Notes: generated by a model not told the origin, from the sequence alone. A stretch of DNA of 64,000 nt from Muribaculaceae bacterium (GCA_029068655.1 JAIECF010000230.1:6382-70381); one strand, 5' to 3'. Shown: positions 26,761-37,140, counted from the stretch's first letter. Numbers and translations are program-made.

Positions 26761-28150
26761 CTCATCCAACTCACTTATTCAAATGCTGATCCCATTGATT
26801 CCCAAAGACCCGGAACGCAACGACTTCACATGTCGCGACGGAGAAATCGACTTCATTCTGTCGATGCAGCAGCAGACTCCGGGCATAAATGAAGCAGACA
26901 ACGCCGCGCCGGAGTTTTCGGCCGGGTATGCGACCCGCCACACATTGACACCGGAACCCGGCATGGAAGCCTGCAGCGCCGTGATCCGCATCCCGCTCCA
27001 GAGCGGCGACAAACCGAAAGCGGAGCTTATGCTCAGCGGAGAAATCTCACGTGTAGACCCCGCCACTGCCGACCGCCTCACTCAAGCCATAGTTCAGAAG
27101 AGTGCAGAATGTCTGCTTGACATCACAACCGACCTCCGGCGCCGTGGACTCTTTATTCTACCTTTCCGCGTCTACAGCATGCTTATGACCAATGACGGCA
27201 CCCTCTCCTACCCCACGCCGCAAGCAGTGGCGCTACCGGTAGATTTCCCGCCACACCCCGAGATAACGGCCGCCTCCGTCACCGAGGAATGTCTTACGCT
27301 CGCAATACGGATTCCTGCACTACCACACAGATTAGGCGTATCACCACCGGCCAATCTCCCACCCGGCCACTCCTTACGCACCTTTATCAGCTATCCGCTA
27401 TACATACCGGACCCGAAAGAAATGCGGGGAAGCATCGGCAGCGTACGCTCGGCCACGGGAGGAAACGCGACCGGCATACGGTTTGCATTCCTCTCGATGT
27501 CGGCCGTCAAGGCCTCTGTGGCAGCTCCGGAGAAATATCATGAGATAGTCGGGAACGAGCGAACAGGGTACAGGATATCCACCCAGACAGCCCCGGCACC
27601 GGATTATTCCTCCCACGCATTACTCTACGGATATACCCCACCCTTTCCGCGCGGGGCATTGCTCGCGCTGGGATCGGAAACGGACACCGATACAGATCCC
27701 CTCGACTGGATTGCGGACTGGCATACAGCAGGGGAGGGATACCTTCCGGCTTCCCTCCCCTATAAATACCACTTTGAAAATTCCGATTCAGCCGACGGCA
27801 TAGAATGGCCCGAGGGCATCGACAAGGATGCCATCATGGAAAACATGACAGCCCACGGCCTATCATGCGCACTGCTTACGCGGCCCATGACGCTCGCGAC
27901 CCATGAGCAGAGCCGAAGGCACACTAAGGCGACATCAATCTGCAGGATACACGTGCCGGGCATTCCTGCAGATTCAAAAGCGTCCGGAATCCTGTACGGT
28001 TCTGACGACTGCGTCAGCTGGGAAGCTCTCCGCAGCTTCGATCCGCACCGGAGGTCGCTATTGCTGACACCTCCCCGACTCTTCTGGAGACTGCTTCTAT
28101 ATGGAGATCAGACCTTCCGGCCGGCAGCCCTCGCCCTTGAAGTCAAATAG
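26750..28150 (+). CDS. Hypothetical protein, putative phage-derived structural protein
   Basis: 466 aa; 'FILPFRVY...DGTL', 'LLTRPMTL' and 'LYGSDD..W', reminiscent of a prophage tail/stabilisation protein; its stop overlaps the convergent Smr gene. Confidence 0.45.
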   Translation: MVFSSSNSLIQMLIPLIPKDPERNDFTCRDGEIDFILSMQQQTPGINEADNAAPEFSAGYATRHTLTPEPGMEACSAVIRIPLQSGDKPKAELMLSGEISRVDPATADRLTQAIVQKSAECLLDITTDLRRRGLFILPFRVYSMLMTNDGTLSYPTPQAVALPVDFPPHPEITAASVTEECLTLAIRIPALPHRLGVSPPANLPPGHSLRTFISYPLYIPDPKEMRGSIGSVRSATGGNATGIRFAFLSMSAVKASVAAPEKYHEIVGNERTGYRISTQTAPAPDYSSHALLYGYTPPFPRGALLALGSETDTDTDPLDWIADWHTAGEGYLPASLPYKYHFENSDSADGIEWPEGIDKDAIMENMTAHGLSCALLTRPMTLATHEQSRRHTKATSICRIHVPGIPADSKASGILYGSDDCVSWEALRSFDPHRRSLLLTPPRLFWRLLLYGDQTFRPAALALEVK

Positions 28151-29297
28151 TGACGAGGGTGGCGCCGAAGCCGTATTCCTGGAAGCTCGCATCCTGGATA
28201 TCAGCTTTCGGATATTCCTTCTTAAGAAGATCGCGAACAGCCTTGCGCAGCACGCCGTCGCCCTTGCCGTGGATAAAGACGATCTTCTGCCCCTTACGCT
28301 TCGCATGCTCCTTCATCGTCTTCCGCACGGTATCGAGCTGAAGCAGGAGCATATCCTTGTTTTCCATGCCGGCGGTAGTGTCGACCAACGAATCGATATG
28401 AAGATCTATCTCTATCAGAGGAAGCAGTTTGTAGGGACTGAGTTTTGCGTTGTCAGGTTTCCGTTTCTCGTTTTGCGATTTCTGCTGTATCCGAATGTTG
28501 CCTTCGGCATCGGAAGACTTAAGACTTAAGACTGATGACTCAACAGGGACATCATCCTTCACGAGACGTAACTCCATCACAGGAGTCTCAAAGTAGATGC
28601 CAGGACGGAAACAATGGAGCTTGAAGAATTTCGTAAGATCCAGCCTGCGGCTGATAGAGGCCGCCGGTTTCAGTTCAAATTCCTTTTCCTTCTTAAACGC
28701 CACATACTGCAGCGCTATCCTATCATAGTCGTTGAGGGAACCATGGCGGACAACAGCCAGATCGATCAGTTCGTTGGGAGCCACCTCACCGGAATACACC
28801 GTATGCCAGCCTCTCTCCTCGGAACTGCGGCGCATGAAGGTGAAATAAAGGAAATAGTTGGAGTCGTTGACGAGCACCGCGTTGAAGTCTGACTTACCGA
28901 GATCGCGGATCTGCGTCGGCTCGAAAGCTACGGCTATGTTGAGCTTATCGCCATAAGGGGTCTCCTCTATCTTCAAGTCTTCAGTCTTCAGTCTTGAGTC
29001 TTGAGTCTTCAGTCTTGAGTCTTCGGTCTTCAGTCTTGAGTCTTCAGTCTTCAGTTTTGAGTCATGACCTCTGTCTCTTCCGGCATCGAAGGCCTTCTGA
29101 TCGAAATAGAGGTTTGGCCGCAACCCGGAAGGACTGCTTTCCGCATGGCCGGCAGGAAGCACCACCACAAGCTCATTCACAAGCACCGGGGTCTCGAAAC
29201 CATCCTCATCCACATACGCCACCTTTCCCTCGATCTTCCTTACCACACCGCCGCCGACGGCGTTCAGATACCTGACTGTATCTCCTATCTTTATCAT
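28143..29297 (-). CDS. DUF2027 + Smr/MutS2 domain protein
   Basis: 'KIGDTVRYLNAVGGG', 'LVNDSNY', 'IDLHI' and 'IVFIHGKGDGVLR...DASFQEYGFGAT'; likely start 29297 (ORF extends to 29330). Confidence 0.9.
   Translation of the reverse strand: MIKIGDTVRYLNAVGGGVVRKIEGKVAYVDEDGFETPVLVNELVVVLPAGHAESSPSGLRPNLYFDQKAFDAGRDRGHDSKLKTEDSRLKTEDSRLKTQDSRLKTEDLKIEETPYGDKLNIAVAFEPTQIRDLGKSDFNAVLVNDSNYFLYFTFMRRSSEERGWHTVYSGEVAPNELIDLAVVRHGSLNDYDRIALQYVAFKKEKEFELKPAASISRRLDLTKFFKLHCFRPGIYFETPVMELRLVKDDVPVESSVLSLKSSDAEGNIRIQQKSQNEKRKPDNAKLSPYKLLPLIEIDLHIDSLVDTTAGMENKDMLLLQLDTVRKTMKEHAKRKGQKIVFIHGKGDGVLRKAVRDLLKKEYPKADIQDASFQEYGFGATLVTI
28976..29066 (+). repeat. In-frame heptamer array AGTCTT(C/G) encoding (SRLKTED)n
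   Basis: ~13 units inside the Smr gene; a reverse-oriented short array lies at 28513-28541. Confidence 0.85.
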
Positions 29298-29325
29298 ACT
29301 GAGTCTTATTGATTTAATCGGTTTA

Positions 29326-29375
29326 TTCATGATGTATCAAGATTTATCATGTAGCATCATGATGAGTCATGATAA
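29326..29375. repeat. 10-bp-period repeat with ATCATGAT core x5
   Basis: ttcatgatgt atcaagattt atcatgtagc atcatgatga gtcatgataa, in the divergent Smr/terminase gap. Confidence 0.65.
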
Positions 29376-29399
29376 ATCTTACATACATAATTAATAACA

Positions 29400-31493
29400 A
29401 TGGAATATATGCAAGCTTCCAAAATTTCAGACGAAATTCTCATAGAGCGGATCCTCGAGGAGGATGCGCGACGCCGCCATAAGATGCAGACACAATATGA
29501 TCCGGTGAGCGGAGAGGGGAGTCCCGCGACGCGATTCACCATTACTATTCCTGAGCTCGAACCGGCTACAATCCATATTCCAGCCGGCATGAGGGATACT
29601 CCAGAGGTGAAGGCGCTTGAGTCCGGCCGGAGCCTTACCGAAGTTTTCCCCGGCTCTATAGAGAACGCCCGGCAGCGATGGTTTGAGCTACGCTGCCGCT
29701 ACGATTTCCCATTCTGGGCCTTCAAATGCATAAAAATAAAGAATAAGACCGGCGATGAAGACCTCCCCTTCCTGCTAAACGCCCCTCAGCGCAAACTGAT
29801 CGGCGAGTTCGAGAAGATGCGGGAGGATGGGAAACCGATCCGCATCATTCTCGTGAAGGCAAGGCAATGGGGAGGAAGCACCGCGACACAGATCTACATG
29901 CTCTGGATCCAGCTTATGCGGCGCACCGGCTTCAACTCCCTGATCGTGGCCCACCAGAATTCAGGCACAGACGAAGTGATAGCAATGGCAAAGAAAGCGC
30001 TCGACTCCTATCCAAGACACCTCCTCACGCCAGACGGAGAGCCTATGCCCGAAAAAGAGAAGGTATACGTCAACGCAGGACTTTCCCGCAGCGCCATCTC
30101 TATACCGCGCCGCAACTTCCGCATCAAGGCGGGAAGCGCCGAGCGTCCTGACTCGAGCCGCGGCGGCGACTACGCCCTCGTCCACCTGACGGAGGTAGGA
30201 CTCTGGAAGAAGACACAGGGAAAGCGGCCGGAAGACATCATTCGCGCGTCAACCTCAGGCGTATTGCTCCACCCGGAGACAATGATAGTGATGGAATCGA
30301 CGGCAAACGGCGTAGGCACATTCTTCCATAGGGAATATCAGGCGGCGAAACGGGGCACATCGCTCTACCGCCCTGTCTTCGTAGCATGGCACGAGATCGA
30401 GAAATATTCACTCCACGTAGCCGACCGCCGGGCGATGGCCGAAAGGATAGTGAGAAACAGGAATTCGGACTTCTCGGATGACGAACGACTGGCTACAGGC
30501 CGATATATATGGAGTCTCTGGGAGGCGGGAGCGAGTCTGGACGCCATAAACTGGTATGAGCATACACGGGGAGGATGCGACAATACCGACGAAATGGCCT
30601 CGGAATATCCGAGCGATGACATCGAGGCTTTCGTCAACAGCGGCGCTCACGTCTTCAACCGCAAGAAAGCACTGGCTCTGAAAGAAAACTGCATGCCACC
30701 CAGATACAGAGGAGAACTCGAAGGAGGGGCCGACTACGGCGAGCAGGCGCTGGAAGGGATCACTTTCGAACCGGAGCAGAACGGGCGCCTGAAAATATGG
30801 GACATGCCTTCGGTGGAGAACGGGACCCCAAACATGATGCAAGACCGCTATCTGACGGTGGTAGACGTAGGAGGCCGCAGCATAAAGGCCGACTGGAGTG
30901 TGATCGCCGTCTTCGACCGTATACGCATGCTGCGCGGCGGGGGTCCTGCAGTGGCGGCGCAATGGCGCTGACACTGCGATATCGACCTGCTCGCATGGCT
31001 GGCCGCGAGGATAGCGCGATGGTATGGCAACTCACTTCTCGTAATAGAGTCAAATACCCTGGAGACGCGCGACCCGGACCGATACGTAGACGGAGATCAG
31101 TCGGCATTCATACTCAACCAGCTACGCGAATGCTATCCTAACCTCTACGCGAGGCGCCAGAGCCCGGAGGACATCATCGAGGGGCGACCGAGAAAGTATG
31201 GTTTCCACACGAACATAAGCACAAAACCGATGGTGATCTCAAATCTGGTGAAGGTGGTGCGCGAGGGTCTCTATATAGAGCGCGATGAAGCATGCGTGGA
31301 TGAATACCTCACGTATGAACGACGCCCTAACGGGAGCTACGGCGCGATAACCGGTAAGCACGACGACATGCTGATGACTCGCGCGATAGGACTGCACATA
31401 TGCCTCAACGAGATGACAGCTCCACGACCGGCAGGCGACCCGAATCATCCCGGACCCCTGCGACAAGCCATCCAGCCTTCATTGTTTTTTTAG
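29400..31493 (+). pseudogene. terL: Phage terminase large subunit interrupted by one in-frame TGA (30969-30971)
   Basis: Walker A 'KARQWGGST', Walker B 'VHLTE', 'ESTANG', nuclease 'VVDVGG' and, after the TGA, 'LLVIESNTLET', 'YGFHTN' and 'GKHDD'. The frame continues to TAG at 31493 (697 codons before the stop). Confidence 0.85.
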
Positions 31494-31581
31494 TGCGTGG
31501 TGCGTGGTGCGTTATGCGTTGTGCGTAGTGCGTAGTGCGGAAGACGGAAAACGTAAAACGGAAAACGGAAGACGGAAGACG
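31491..31581 (+). repeat. Compound heptamer array (TAGTGCG-like x7, GAARACG-like x6)
   Basis: Begins at the terminase TAG; the 7-bp phase is kept across the unit switch. Confidence 0.8.
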
Positions 31582-31745
31582 CTTTTAACACAACATTAAC
31601 GTATATATACTAATATTTGCATAAATATTCGCGTTTCATATATGATTCCGATCAAAAGGAAGCTACAATCGAATAATTGTCTAAATTTTGGGTTATATAC
31701 ATTAGTTATTTCTATCGCAGTCTCTGTGTCGAGTACACGGAGACG

Positions 31746-31781
31746 GAAGGGGCCGGACGTCGTGATGACGCCCGGCCCTTC
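31746..31781. terminator. Hairpin between the convergent terminase and CLC genes
   Basis: GAAGGGGCCGGACGTC-GTGAT-GACGCCCGGCCCTTC, imperfect stem. Confidence 0.6.
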
Positions 31782-31789
31782 TTCTTTAA

Positions 31790-31937
31790 AGTCTTCAGTC
31801 TTGAGTCTTAAGTCTACAGTCTTCAGTCTTGAGTATTCAGTCTTGAGTCTTCAGTCTTGAGTCTTGAGTCTTAAGTCTTGAGTCTTGAGTCTTAAGTCTT
31901 GAGTCTTGAGTCTTAAGTCTTAAGTCTTAAGTCTTAA
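31790..31937 (+). repeat. Heptamer array AGTCTT(A/C/G) x~21
   Basis: Directly visible; includes the CLC stop codon. Confidence 0.9.
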
Positions 31938-33283
31938 GATTGCGGCTTCGCCGCTTTTTTACTTACCGCGCCGACGCTGCGGACCAGGGCGAAGGAGACG
32001 ATGGAGCAGATGCAGATAGGGAGAATGTATTCGGTGGCTCCCGTCATCTCCGAAATAAGAAAGATCGACATTACGGGAGCCTTGACTATACCCGCAAATG
32101 CCCCTCCCATCGCTATCATGGCGCAAAGCGGCGCCGGAAGATCTATACCTAACCACTGCCTGACCAACAGGGCGAACAATGTTCCCGCCACAGCCCCCGC
32201 AAACAATGTAGGTGCAAACGAACCGGCCACGCCTCCTGCACTGTTGCTGCAGACAGTAGCAAGCGCCTTCAATACGAGAAGCAGCGTGAGGACCGCTATG
32301 AAGCGCACAGTATCAGCCGAGCTCACGTCAAGCGGGCCTCCGGCAAGAATATCGTGGTGAACTCCATTGATCAGCTTGGTCATCTCCGGATAACCCTCGC
32401 CATACATGGAGGGGAACATGAGAAGGATGATTCCGGCGATGGCTCCGCCGGTAAGCCACGACACCCACTGATGCTTACGGCTCTTGAAAAACTTCTGCAT
32501 GGTAGCCGTGACCCAATTGTAGAGCAGACTGTAAAGACCGCAGAAGAGACCAAGCAAGGCCACCCAATAGATAGGAAGAGTCTCGGACTCGCCTAAATTA
32601 TAAGGGAGATAAAGATGTGTTCCGGTGAAGGCGTAGCACGTGACGGAGGCGCATACACTGGAAAGTATGAGCGCGGTGACAGGGATTGCGGCCATGTTCA
32701 TGCGCAGCACCTCGAGAGTGAAGAGCACCCCGGCGATGGGCGACTTGAAGATGCCGGCGATGCCGGCGCCAGCACCGATGCCGATCATCACTCTAAGCAT
32801 ATTGTCATCAAGACCGAAGACCCGCCCCAGCTTGCTGCCGACGGCGGCTCCGGCATATGCTATAGGCCCCTCGGCCCCGGCGCTTCCACCGAAACCGAGC
32901 GTGATGCCGCACGCCGCTATGGGATTATACATCATTCCGGCCGGAATATCATAGTTGCGTGAGGCAAGATAATCCTTAATATGGCCCGTACTGTCGACCA
33001 TATTGGCCTTCGCTATCCACTTCTGCCACACTACAGCTATCAGGATGCCGACAAGCGGAAACACAAGGAGCCACCACTCGGCATGCTCCCATTCCAGAGG
33101 AGCCTTGTTTATAATCCAGTGGGCAAACAGCGAGACGAAGTGTATGGCACGTTTCAGAAGGAACGCACCAAACCCGGCAAGGCAGCCCACCACACATGCG
33201 AAACCGAGGATGAAGACATTGACATTCTCCTTCCTCGCGCCCCATGCCTTTATCTTATCGGATAATTCAGCTATCAGATGCAT
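31934..33283 (-). CDS. CLC family chloride channel/antiporter
   Basis: 'GGSAGAEGP', 'GIAGIFKSPIAGVLFTLE', 'GGVAGSFAP' and 'EMTG'; hydrophobic; likely start 33283. Confidence 0.9.
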   Translation of the reverse strand: MHLIAELSDKIKAWGARKENVNVFILGFACVVGCLAGFGAFLLKRAIHFVSLFAHWIINKAPLEWEHAEWWLLVFPLVGILIAVVWQKWIAKANMVDSTGHIKDYLASRNYDIPAGMMYNPIAACGITLGFGGSAGAEGPIAYAGAAVGSKLGRVFGLDDNMLRVMIGIGAGAGIAGIFKSPIAGVLFTLEVLRMNMAAIPVTALILSSVCASVTCYAFTGTHLYLPYNLGESETLPIYWVALLGLFCGLYSLLYNWVTATMQKFFKSRKHQWVSWLTGGAIAGIILLMFPSMYGEGYPEMTKLINGVHHDILAGGPLDVSSADTVRFIAVLTLLLVLKALATVCSNSAGGVAGSFAPTLFAGAVAGTLFALLVRQWLGIDLPAPLCAMIAMGGAFAGIVKAPVMSIFLISEMTGATEYILPICICSIVSFALVRSVGAVSKKAAKPQS

Positions 33284-33301
33284 CAGTTGTAAGTTGTAAG
33301 A

Positions 33302-33351
33302 TTCATGATATATCATGATGCATCATGGTCAATCATGATATATCATGTCTA
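33302..33351. repeat. 10-bp-period ATCATG(A/G/T) repeat x5
   Basis: ttcatgatat atcatgatgc atcatggtca atcatgatat atcatgtcta. Confidence 0.65.
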
Positions 33352-33372
33352 ATCCTAATTGATCATTGATAA

Positions 33373-34581
33373 TTAATCATTAATCATTAGTTTCGCAGAG
33401 GCTTCCTTTATGCGGCGCATAGCCTCGCGGATCTTATCGTCGGAGGTAGCGTAGCTCAGGCGCATGTAGCCCGGCGCACCGAAAGCGGCACCGTCGACGC
33501 AGGCCACGTGAGCCTCCTCGAGAAGATACATGGTGTAGTCGCCGCTGCTCTCTATCTTCTTGCCTGAGGGAGTGACGGTGCCTACATATGCGCTCACTTC
33601 GGGGAAGAGATAGAAAGCACCTTCAGGCCTATTTACGATCCATCCTGGAATTTCCTTGGCGAGCTCCACGATAAGGTCGCGACGACGCTCAAAAGCCTCG
33701 CGCATATCGTAGCGGAACTCCTGCGGACCGTCGAGGGCAGCCTCGGCGGCCTTCTGAGCGATAGAGGAGGGTCCGGAAGTATACTGCCCCTGAAGTTTGG
33801 AGACAGCCTTAGCCACCTCGAGAGGAGCGGCGAGATAACCGATACGCCAGCCGGTCATGGCATAAGCCTTCGACACGCCGTTGATGACTACAGAGCGATC
33901 GAACACCTCGGGGCACTCCGCGATGCTGTGCACACGTCCCGGCAGGAAGTTGATATGCTCGTAGATATCATCTGCGAGGATGACGATGTCGGGATACTTT
34001 GCGAGAACTTCCGCCAACCCTTTGAGTTCGTCTTCCGAATATACGCTTCCGGTAGGATTGGAGGGATTATTGAGAATGATCATACGGCTCTTTGGAGTGA
34101 TAGCCGCCTCAAGCTGCGCCGGAGTGATCTTGAAATCCTGGTCGACGCCGGCCCAGACCTCGACCACCTTACCTTCAGCAAGGCGGACCATCTCCACATA
34201 GCTCACCCAAGCGGGCATGGGGATGATCACCTCGTCGCCGGGATTGACGAGCGAAAGGACAGCGTTGCAAAGCTCCTGCTTGGCGCCGTTGCCCACCACG
34301 ATCTGCGCAGGAGTGTACTTCAGTCCGTTTTCCTTCTCCAGTTTGCGGCAGATCGCCTCGCGCGTAGAGAGATAGCCGGGTGCCGGGCTGTATTTGGAGT
34401 AGTTCTCGTCGATGGCCTTCTTCGCCGCATCCTTCACGAAATCGGGAGTATTGAAGTCGGGTTCACCTACACTCATCGTTATCACGTCAATACCCTGAGC
34501 GCGGAGTTCGGCGCTCTTCTGGGTCATCGCCATGGTCGCGCTCTGCGCCATGGCCTTAATTCTATTGGATATCTGTATCAT
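33373..34581 (-). CDS. aspC: PLP-dependent class I aminotransferase (aspartate aminotransferase)
   Basis: 'GEPDF', 'NNPSNPTG', 'DDIY' and 'SKAYAMTGWRIG' (PLP lysine). Confidence 0.85.
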   Translation of the reverse strand: MIQISNRIKAMAQSATMAMTQKSAELRAQGIDVITMSVGEPDFNTPDFVKDAAKKAIDENYSKYSPAPGYLSTREAICRKLEKENGLKYTPAQIVVGNGAKQELCNAVLSLVNPGDEVIIPMPAWVSYVEMVRLAEGKVVEVWAGVDQDFKITPAQLEAAITPKSRMIILNNPSNPTGSVYSEDELKGLAEVLAKYPDIVILADDIYEHINFLPGRVHSIAECPEVFDRSVVINGVSKAYAMTGWRIGYLAAPLEVAKAVSKLQGQYTSGPSSIAQKAAEAALDGPQEFRYDMREAFERRRDLIVELAKEIPGWIVNRPEGAFYLFPEVSAYVGTVTPSGKKIESSGDYTMYLLEEAHVACVDGAAFGAPGYMRLSYATSDDKIREAMRRIKEASAKLMIND

Positions 34582-34584
34582 AGT

Positions 34585-34670
34585 TAGTCTTTAGTCTTCA
34601 GTTTTTAGTCTTCAGTCTTCAGTCTTCAGTCTTCAGTCTTTAGTCTTTAGTCTTTAGTCTTCAGTCTTTA
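34585..34670 (+). repeat. Heptamer array (T/C)AGTCTT x~12
   Basis: Fills the dnaX-aminotransferase intergenic gap. Confidence 0.85.
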
Positions 34671-34677
34671 TATTCAA

Positions 34678-36435
34678 TTACGCCAGTTCGGCGTCGAGCT
34701 TCCTGAGAAGATCGCCGAGATCCGGATTCATCTCCACGCATTCCTTCAGAAACTCCTGGGGCGGAAGCTGCTTGCTGACCTCCCTGGTAGGATCAATCTC
34801 CACTCGCAACATCAGGAAATCGTTGGACAAACGGCTCCGCAAAAAATCCATAAGCTGCGGCATGGCCAGTTCGAAGGCCTGCACCTCGGCCGGATGCCCT
34901 ACCATAGCCAGGAATTGCTCCGGGCCGGTCTGCTGCGGATTGCTGTTGCGCATGGCGCTCGTCAGTATGTGCTGCTGCTGATTAGCCTCCTGATAGGCCA
35001 CCCATGCCTGCATGAAGCTTTCGAGGTCGACCGCCGTGCGGTGTTCCTTGCGCTGCTCCTCATAAAGGGCCATCTTCTGCTGCACGCTGTCGTCGTTGAG
35101 GCGGAACCCCGGAGCTGTGGTACGCCTGCGGCGAGGAGATTGGGTGGAGAGCGGAGAGCGGAGAGCGGAGGGAGAAGAGGAGGGTATGGGGTTATGGGGT
35201 TGAGGGGCGACCGGGGTCGGTTGAGGGTGGACGACCGTAGTGGACTGCGGAGGGACGGGCTGCACGGTCTGCGTGCGGGCTGCCCCTGTGATGTCGCCCA
35301 AGGGAAAATCACAGTCCACCAAGTCAAAAGGGGGCGTAGCCGGTTTCAAAAGCTGCGATAGGCGGATAAGCACAAGTTCCACCAGAAACTGCTTGTTGGT
35401 GGCCGTACGGTATTGCACATCGCCGTCGTTGAGCACCTTCATCGCGGCATAATACCACTGCAGCGGGAGGCTCTTGGCCTGCTGCGTATAGCGCCCGGCA
35501 ACATCTTTCGATGTCTCGAGGAGCTCCGCCGTACGCGGATCGGCAGCCACCATAAGGTTGCGCACGTGGTCGGCGAGTCCGTTGAGAAAGAAAAGTGAGT
35601 CGAAACCCTTCGCCCTTACGTCGCGGTATAGAAGCAGGGCGCCGGAGATGTCGCCGGTGCGAAACGAATCCACGAGCCGGAAATAATAGTCATAATCGAG
35701 CACATTAAGGTTCTCTATCGCGCTCTCATAAGTGATGTCGCCACGTGATGAGGCCGCCACCTGGTCGAAGATGGAAAGCGCGTCGCGCATTGCTCCGTCG
35801 GCCTTGCGAGCTATCACCTCCAGACCTCTCGGATCGGTCTTGATACCCTCCTTCTGTCCTATATACTGCATCTGCTCCACCATGTCCTCGATCGTGATGC
35901 GACGGAAATCATAGGTCTGACACCGGCTGAGAATAGTGGGGAGCACCTTGTGCTTCTCCGTAGTGGCGAGAATAAAGATGACATACTTAGGGGGTTCCTC
36001 AAGAGTCTTGAGGAAGGCGTTGAAAGCCTGAGGCGACAGCATATGCACCTCGTCGATTATGAAGACACGGTATCTGCCCCCCTGCGGCGGAGTCTGCACC
36101 TGATCGGTAATGTCGCGGATATCATCGACGCTGTTGTTGGAAGCCGCATCGAGTTCCACGACATTCATGGAAGTACCCCTCTCTATGGCCTTGCAGTTCT
36201 CACATTCGCAGCATGCCTCGCCGTCGGCTGTCGGATTAAGACAGTTGATGGTCTTTGCGAAAATTCTGGCGCACGACGTCTTACCTACACCACGAGGACC
36301 GCAGAAGAGATAGGCCTGCGCAAGGCGGTCGGACATTATCGCATTCTTCAGCGTGGAAGTCAGGGCCTTCTGCCCCACCACACTGCGAAACGTAGCCGGC
36401 CGGTATTTTCGCGCGCTTACTATGTATTTATCCAT
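34678..36435 (-). CDS. dnaX: DNA polymerase III subunit gamma/tau
   Basis: 'SARKYRP', 'GPRGVGKT', Zn-binding Cys cluster, 'IIDEVHML', 'LKTLEEPP' and 'SRC'. Confidence 0.95.
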   Translation of the reverse strand: MDKYIVSARKYRPATFRSVVGQKALTSTLKNAIMSDRLAQAYLFCGPRGVGKTSCARIFAKTINCLNPTADGEACCECENCKAIERGTSMNVVELDAASNNSVDDIRDITDQVQTPPQGGRYRVFIIDEVHMLSPQAFNAFLKTLEEPPKYVIFILATTEKHKVLPTILSRCQTYDFRRITIEDMVEQMQYIGQKEGIKTDPRGLEVIARKADGAMRDALSIFDQVAASSRGDITYESAIENLNVLDYDYYFRLVDSFRTGDISGALLLYRDVRAKGFDSLFFLNGLADHVRNLMVAADPRTAELLETSKDVAGRYTQQAKSLPLQWYYAAMKVLNDGDVQYRTATNKQFLVELVLIRLSQLLKPATPPFDLVDCDFPLGDITGAARTQTVQPVPPQSTTVVHPQPTPVAPQPHNPIPSSSPSALRSPLSTQSPRRRRTTAPGFRLNDDSVQQKMALYEEQRKEHRTAVDLESFMQAWVAYQEANQQQHILTSAMRNSNPQQTGPEQFLAMVGHPAEVQAFELAMPQLMDFLRSRLSNDFLMLRVEIDPTREVSKQLPPQEFLKECVEMNPDLGDLLRKLDAELA

Positions 36436-36503
36436 TTTTAATCTTGAGTCTTAAGTCTTCAGTCTTTAGACCGGAGCCAAAATACATTTATAATGCAAAA
36501 TAA

Positions 36504-36534
36504 GCAAAAATTCGGCTATCCGCCAAATTTTTGC
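36504..36534. terminator. Hairpin at the end of the capsid operon / upstream of dnaX
   Basis: GCAAAAATT-CGGCTATCCGCCA-AATTTTTGC. Confidence 0.4.
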
Positions 36535-36543
36535 CTACTTAGT

Positions 36544-37140
36544 TTATACCAAACATCTTGAAATGCCGGCGATCAAATCAGTATAGAGAGACTCAGGGAA
36601 AGTGAACTCCCCTTGCCCGTCGGGAACCGGACGTGCCCATACATGGAGATGTTCCAATGAATCCTCCACACTTTCCGAACCCATGAGCCTCAGAAGCATC
36701 TCCGCTCCACAGATGCCGACGTATGCCCGCGGAGAATCCGGACACCCCGCTATCCCGGGTTCGGCCGACCACTGACGGCTCCATTCCGTCGAACCGGGAA
36801 AAACCGGAACAAAGACATCCCGGCGCCAGCCTGACATCCCGGCAGACGCAAGCCGCAGAAAATCGCCCGGCAACCTTATCTCGGCACCATAAAGGCCGCA
36901 TGGCATACGCCGCATAACGACATCCAGACCCGATGACGCGTCCACGCCGCCGCCAAGCGCCTCAATGCCTGCACGCCTTATCAGCTCCGAGCCAACCTCA
37001 TCCAGAAGGGAAACCGCCTTGACCGAAACCACATCTTCGGGCCAAGGCACACCGGAATCAGACAACAGGCCTTGCGGCCGGGCGATCTCGCCCAGCCGCG
37101 CCATCACGTCGCTCCGCAACCGATCAACAGTGTAGATCAT
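36544..37140 (-). CDS. Putative phage head-completion/adaptor protein
   Basis: Start MIYTVDRL overlaps the upstream stop (ATGA); 'IRLPGDFLRL..M.GW.R' resembles the 'LPxDF' adaptor motif; third gene after the scaffold-like gene. Confidence 0.55.
   Translation of the reverse strand: MIYTVDRLRSDVMARLGEIARPQGLLSDSGVPWPEDVVSVKAVSLLDEVGSELIRRAGIEALGGGVDASSGLDVVMRRMPCGLYGAEIRLPGDFLRLASAGMSGWRRDVFVPVFPGSTEWSRQWSAEPGIAGCPDSPRAYVGICGAEMLLRLMGSESVEDSLEHLHVWARPVPDGQGEFTFPESLYTDLIAGISRCLV

Noticed and set aside
29400-31493. Alternative genetic code or selenocysteine explaining the terminase TGA
   Set aside because: TGA is a normal stop in neighbouring genes (13734, 23429, 45275, 52985 and three capsid-operon genes). 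The position is not Cys-like, and no sel genes are visible.
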